NCBI GenBank assembly: GCA_013265495.1
Contig: MU058463.1
Coordinates: forward strand, 2,627,523 to 2,691,522
Source of the DNA: Vicugna vicugna
Lineage: Eukaryota
Reading direction: 5' to 3'
DNA: 64,000 bases
Shown here: piece after piece, positions 61,442 through 64,000 of the stretch
Layout of the letters: the number at the start of each line of letters is the position of its first letter
Position numbering within the stretch: position 1 is the first letter of the stretch
Notes under the pieces: generated by a model
Seen by the model: only the letters and a program-made list of their open reading frames with translations
The model's database searches: none
What the model was told of the DNA's origin: nothing
Made by a program: the position numbers and the translations under genes

Positions 61442-64000
61442 GGGATCTATGGGAAAAAGAAAAACTTTGGGATACGGAAGAAATGGGAAAGGGAATTGAT
61501 TGAGAAAATTAAAAATACTTTCCATCCTATTCTTTTTCCTGCATTAAGGCTAAACTACTGCACTCCCTCCAAGATTCTAAACTTTACGTAACAGGGAAAT
61601 ATCTGGGTGATGAAATGTTTATCTTTAATGCACAATCTCCAAGGACTCAGAAAGTGGGTGGATCCTGATCGGTGGGAAGTTCTTTGTTTGGCAGCAGGTG
61701 AGGCAGGTTAGCATGACAGCCAGATGGGAGATAAGGCAGCCTGTTTAAGGAGGACGAGAAATAAAGAGAAGCTGGGAGGAGCCCCATGAGCTAGGCAGCA
61801 GACTAAGGGAGGCTGGACATTGCACAAGTGATAGGAAGGGAGTGGGGAGACCCCTATGATTGGGAGCCAAGGAGGGACCCGGGGAAGCACAGAAGTGCCT
61901 CAGGATCTTAGTTTCTTCTGATGCAAACATGTGATGTGCTTCCTTTTCCAAAAGAAATTTGCAACCAGACCTAGAATGCTCATCATGCTGCGTGGAACAA
62001 TTGGCTTTTTTGGAGGCAGGGACAACCCTGTTTCAAAATCAGTGCCTGGAGGAAAACAGAGCCATATGTTGAAGACATTCAAAGGTGAATGACTGAAAAC
62101 ATAACACAAAAACTAACAAGGGGGAACATTTTTAACATTACTTTCACAGGGCCCAAAATATTTAATTTTGGTCTTTCGAAGATTCCCTCTAATCTGCAGG
62201 TCACAAATGCAGATGATTTTAAAGCACTTACACCTCCCATACTCCCCTGCGGCCCCACCTTTCATCGGAGCTTGGGTTGCAGCATCACTGGGTCTGACTG
62301 TTAGTAAGACTTACTGCCCATATCTCAACCACCCGTCACTGCAAACAGACATGACACCTAATCCTGTGTTTCAAAAGTCAAATTCAGAACAACTCCAGAA
62401 CCTTCTAGTTTGTTTCTTGACTCCTACGGGGTCATATTAGTTCACACAGATTCTTCACTTTGTTTCAATTCCCCAGCACCAGGAAAAGCTGCCCTGATGG
62501 CTTACTCTACACAATGTGATTTTTTTGCCCCTAGAGGATCCTTATATGTAAGACTTCTTTATAACCAGATGGAGAGAGGGCCACCCTGCATTTCCTATCC
62601 ATTCCTTGGTTCTCCATTTTGGTGTCATGTCATCAGAGTGGCTCATTAATCAACACTGGTGGAGTTGATGAGCGTATAAATAAATAATAATTACCGACCA
62701 TTTTCACTCTCCCAGGTGTTTATCTGCCCAGGGGCATGATTGAGATGCCAAGGGTATCTATGTCTCTTAGAAATATTTGCTGATGGAGGAACTTACTGGT
62801 GGAGGAGAGTCACATGGCTGCTTTGTTTTCAAGGTTCTCCTGGAGGGTTGGTGCAGCTCGGGGCTCTGTGTGGGTTTCCACTGCAAGTGATTACAGACGT
62901 GCCATGTGGAGAGTGGACTGGGAGGCAAAATATATGCAGGAAAAGTGGAAATCACCAAGGAAAACGACTGAAGGGGAAATCAATATGAGGGGAAAGGTCA
63001 ACAAGCCTCCTGCTGTTAGTCTGTCAAAATGTATTTAATGGGTTCATTGGACATTTTTCACATTTAAGAAATAGACATGAGACAGGGTTAGCCCGTAATA
63101 ACTTTTTATCTCTCACTTACAAAATCTCTGTTTTCTTTTTCTTTTGAGAATTTTACCTCTGATCTTAGTATTACATTCACACCCAGGGGTTTGAAGCTTC
63201 AACACAACTCTAACGACAAGCCTTTACAACAGAAAATTATTTTCTAAGTAGTTAATTCTGTAATCATAGCCACTTTAATTTATCAAAGTATGATCTAAAA
63301 TATGGTCATTAAAATTCAGTAAGGATCAAATCTGGAACTTGCTATATCCAAGGGTCTAGTTCTGGGTTTGATCTCAATGTATTTATTAAAAGAATTCCTT
63401 ACTTATTCCCTTTTCTATCATCTGTATGATTAGATTAATCTTCAGTTCTCTCCTCTTCAAGCAAGAAAATAAGAGTAATAGATACAAAAAATTTAACCAA
63501 TTTCCAGCAATAATTTTGGTAAAGAACTTTAGAAAATAAAAAGTCTCTCCATGTAAAATCACATTTGTAATTCTTTTTAAAAGTTCTGTGTTCTCACTTA
63601 ATGAATATTCTTTTCTAATACTTTCCATTTTTTTCTTAGTGAATTCAGTCATCATCTTATTAGAAGCTTAGATTTTTGCATTTTTCTAACAGCTTTAATC
63701 AAAGTACTTTTAGGTACATTAGAAATATAAATTCATTCTATGTTTTCTGAGCTATACAGAGAGATTAAGCTTTAAACATTAACATCTGAAAAATACAGCA
63801 TGGTAGACTTATATATGTTAACTGTTTCTCTTTTAAGACTAAGAAATTTCTGTTCAAGATTTACATTTCCTTTAGTTTTCCATCTTGAGTACCTGATACC
63901 AATTTGGTGAGCTCAGACCAGAATCTTGGCTTTCAGTGAAGATCTACTCCATTAATTTTGGTGAGAAATGCTACAGATGCAACGTGTGGCCTGGGGATTT

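Noticed and set aside
1..64000. Prokaryote-style operons, tRNA/rRNA genes, CRISPR or defence systems
   Set aside because: Sequence is mammalian and repeat-rich; none seen.

Overview
Mammalian nuclear DNA, intronic or intergenic. A camelid origin is likely (inference): the young LINE-1 3' ends are cetartiodactyl-type ('TTGAAGTATAGTCAGTTTACAATG' on the antisense strand), and I see no Alu, B1/B2, BovB/Bov-A2, PRE1, CHR or CanSINE. A large part of the window is recognisable repeat: young L1 3' fragments with target-site duplications (TSDs), ancient L1M/HAL1, L2, MIR, MLT1/ERVL LTRs and hAT MERs. An 816-N gap (39727-40542) is flanked by two copies of a 1217-bp segment differing at 7 transitions, probably a false haplotypic duplication. 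I recognise no known protein-coding gene; the ORF track is mostly noise plus L1 ORF2 remnants. Unique sequence holds several enhancer-like, repeat-free blocks and some unassigned exon-like segments (best: a 216-nt frame-preserving + strand candidate at 27675-27890, and a minus-strand pair 43632-43671 / 41425-41788). I cannot support a novel biological system from this sequence. Repeat family names are from recall of consensus sequences and boundaries are approximate.
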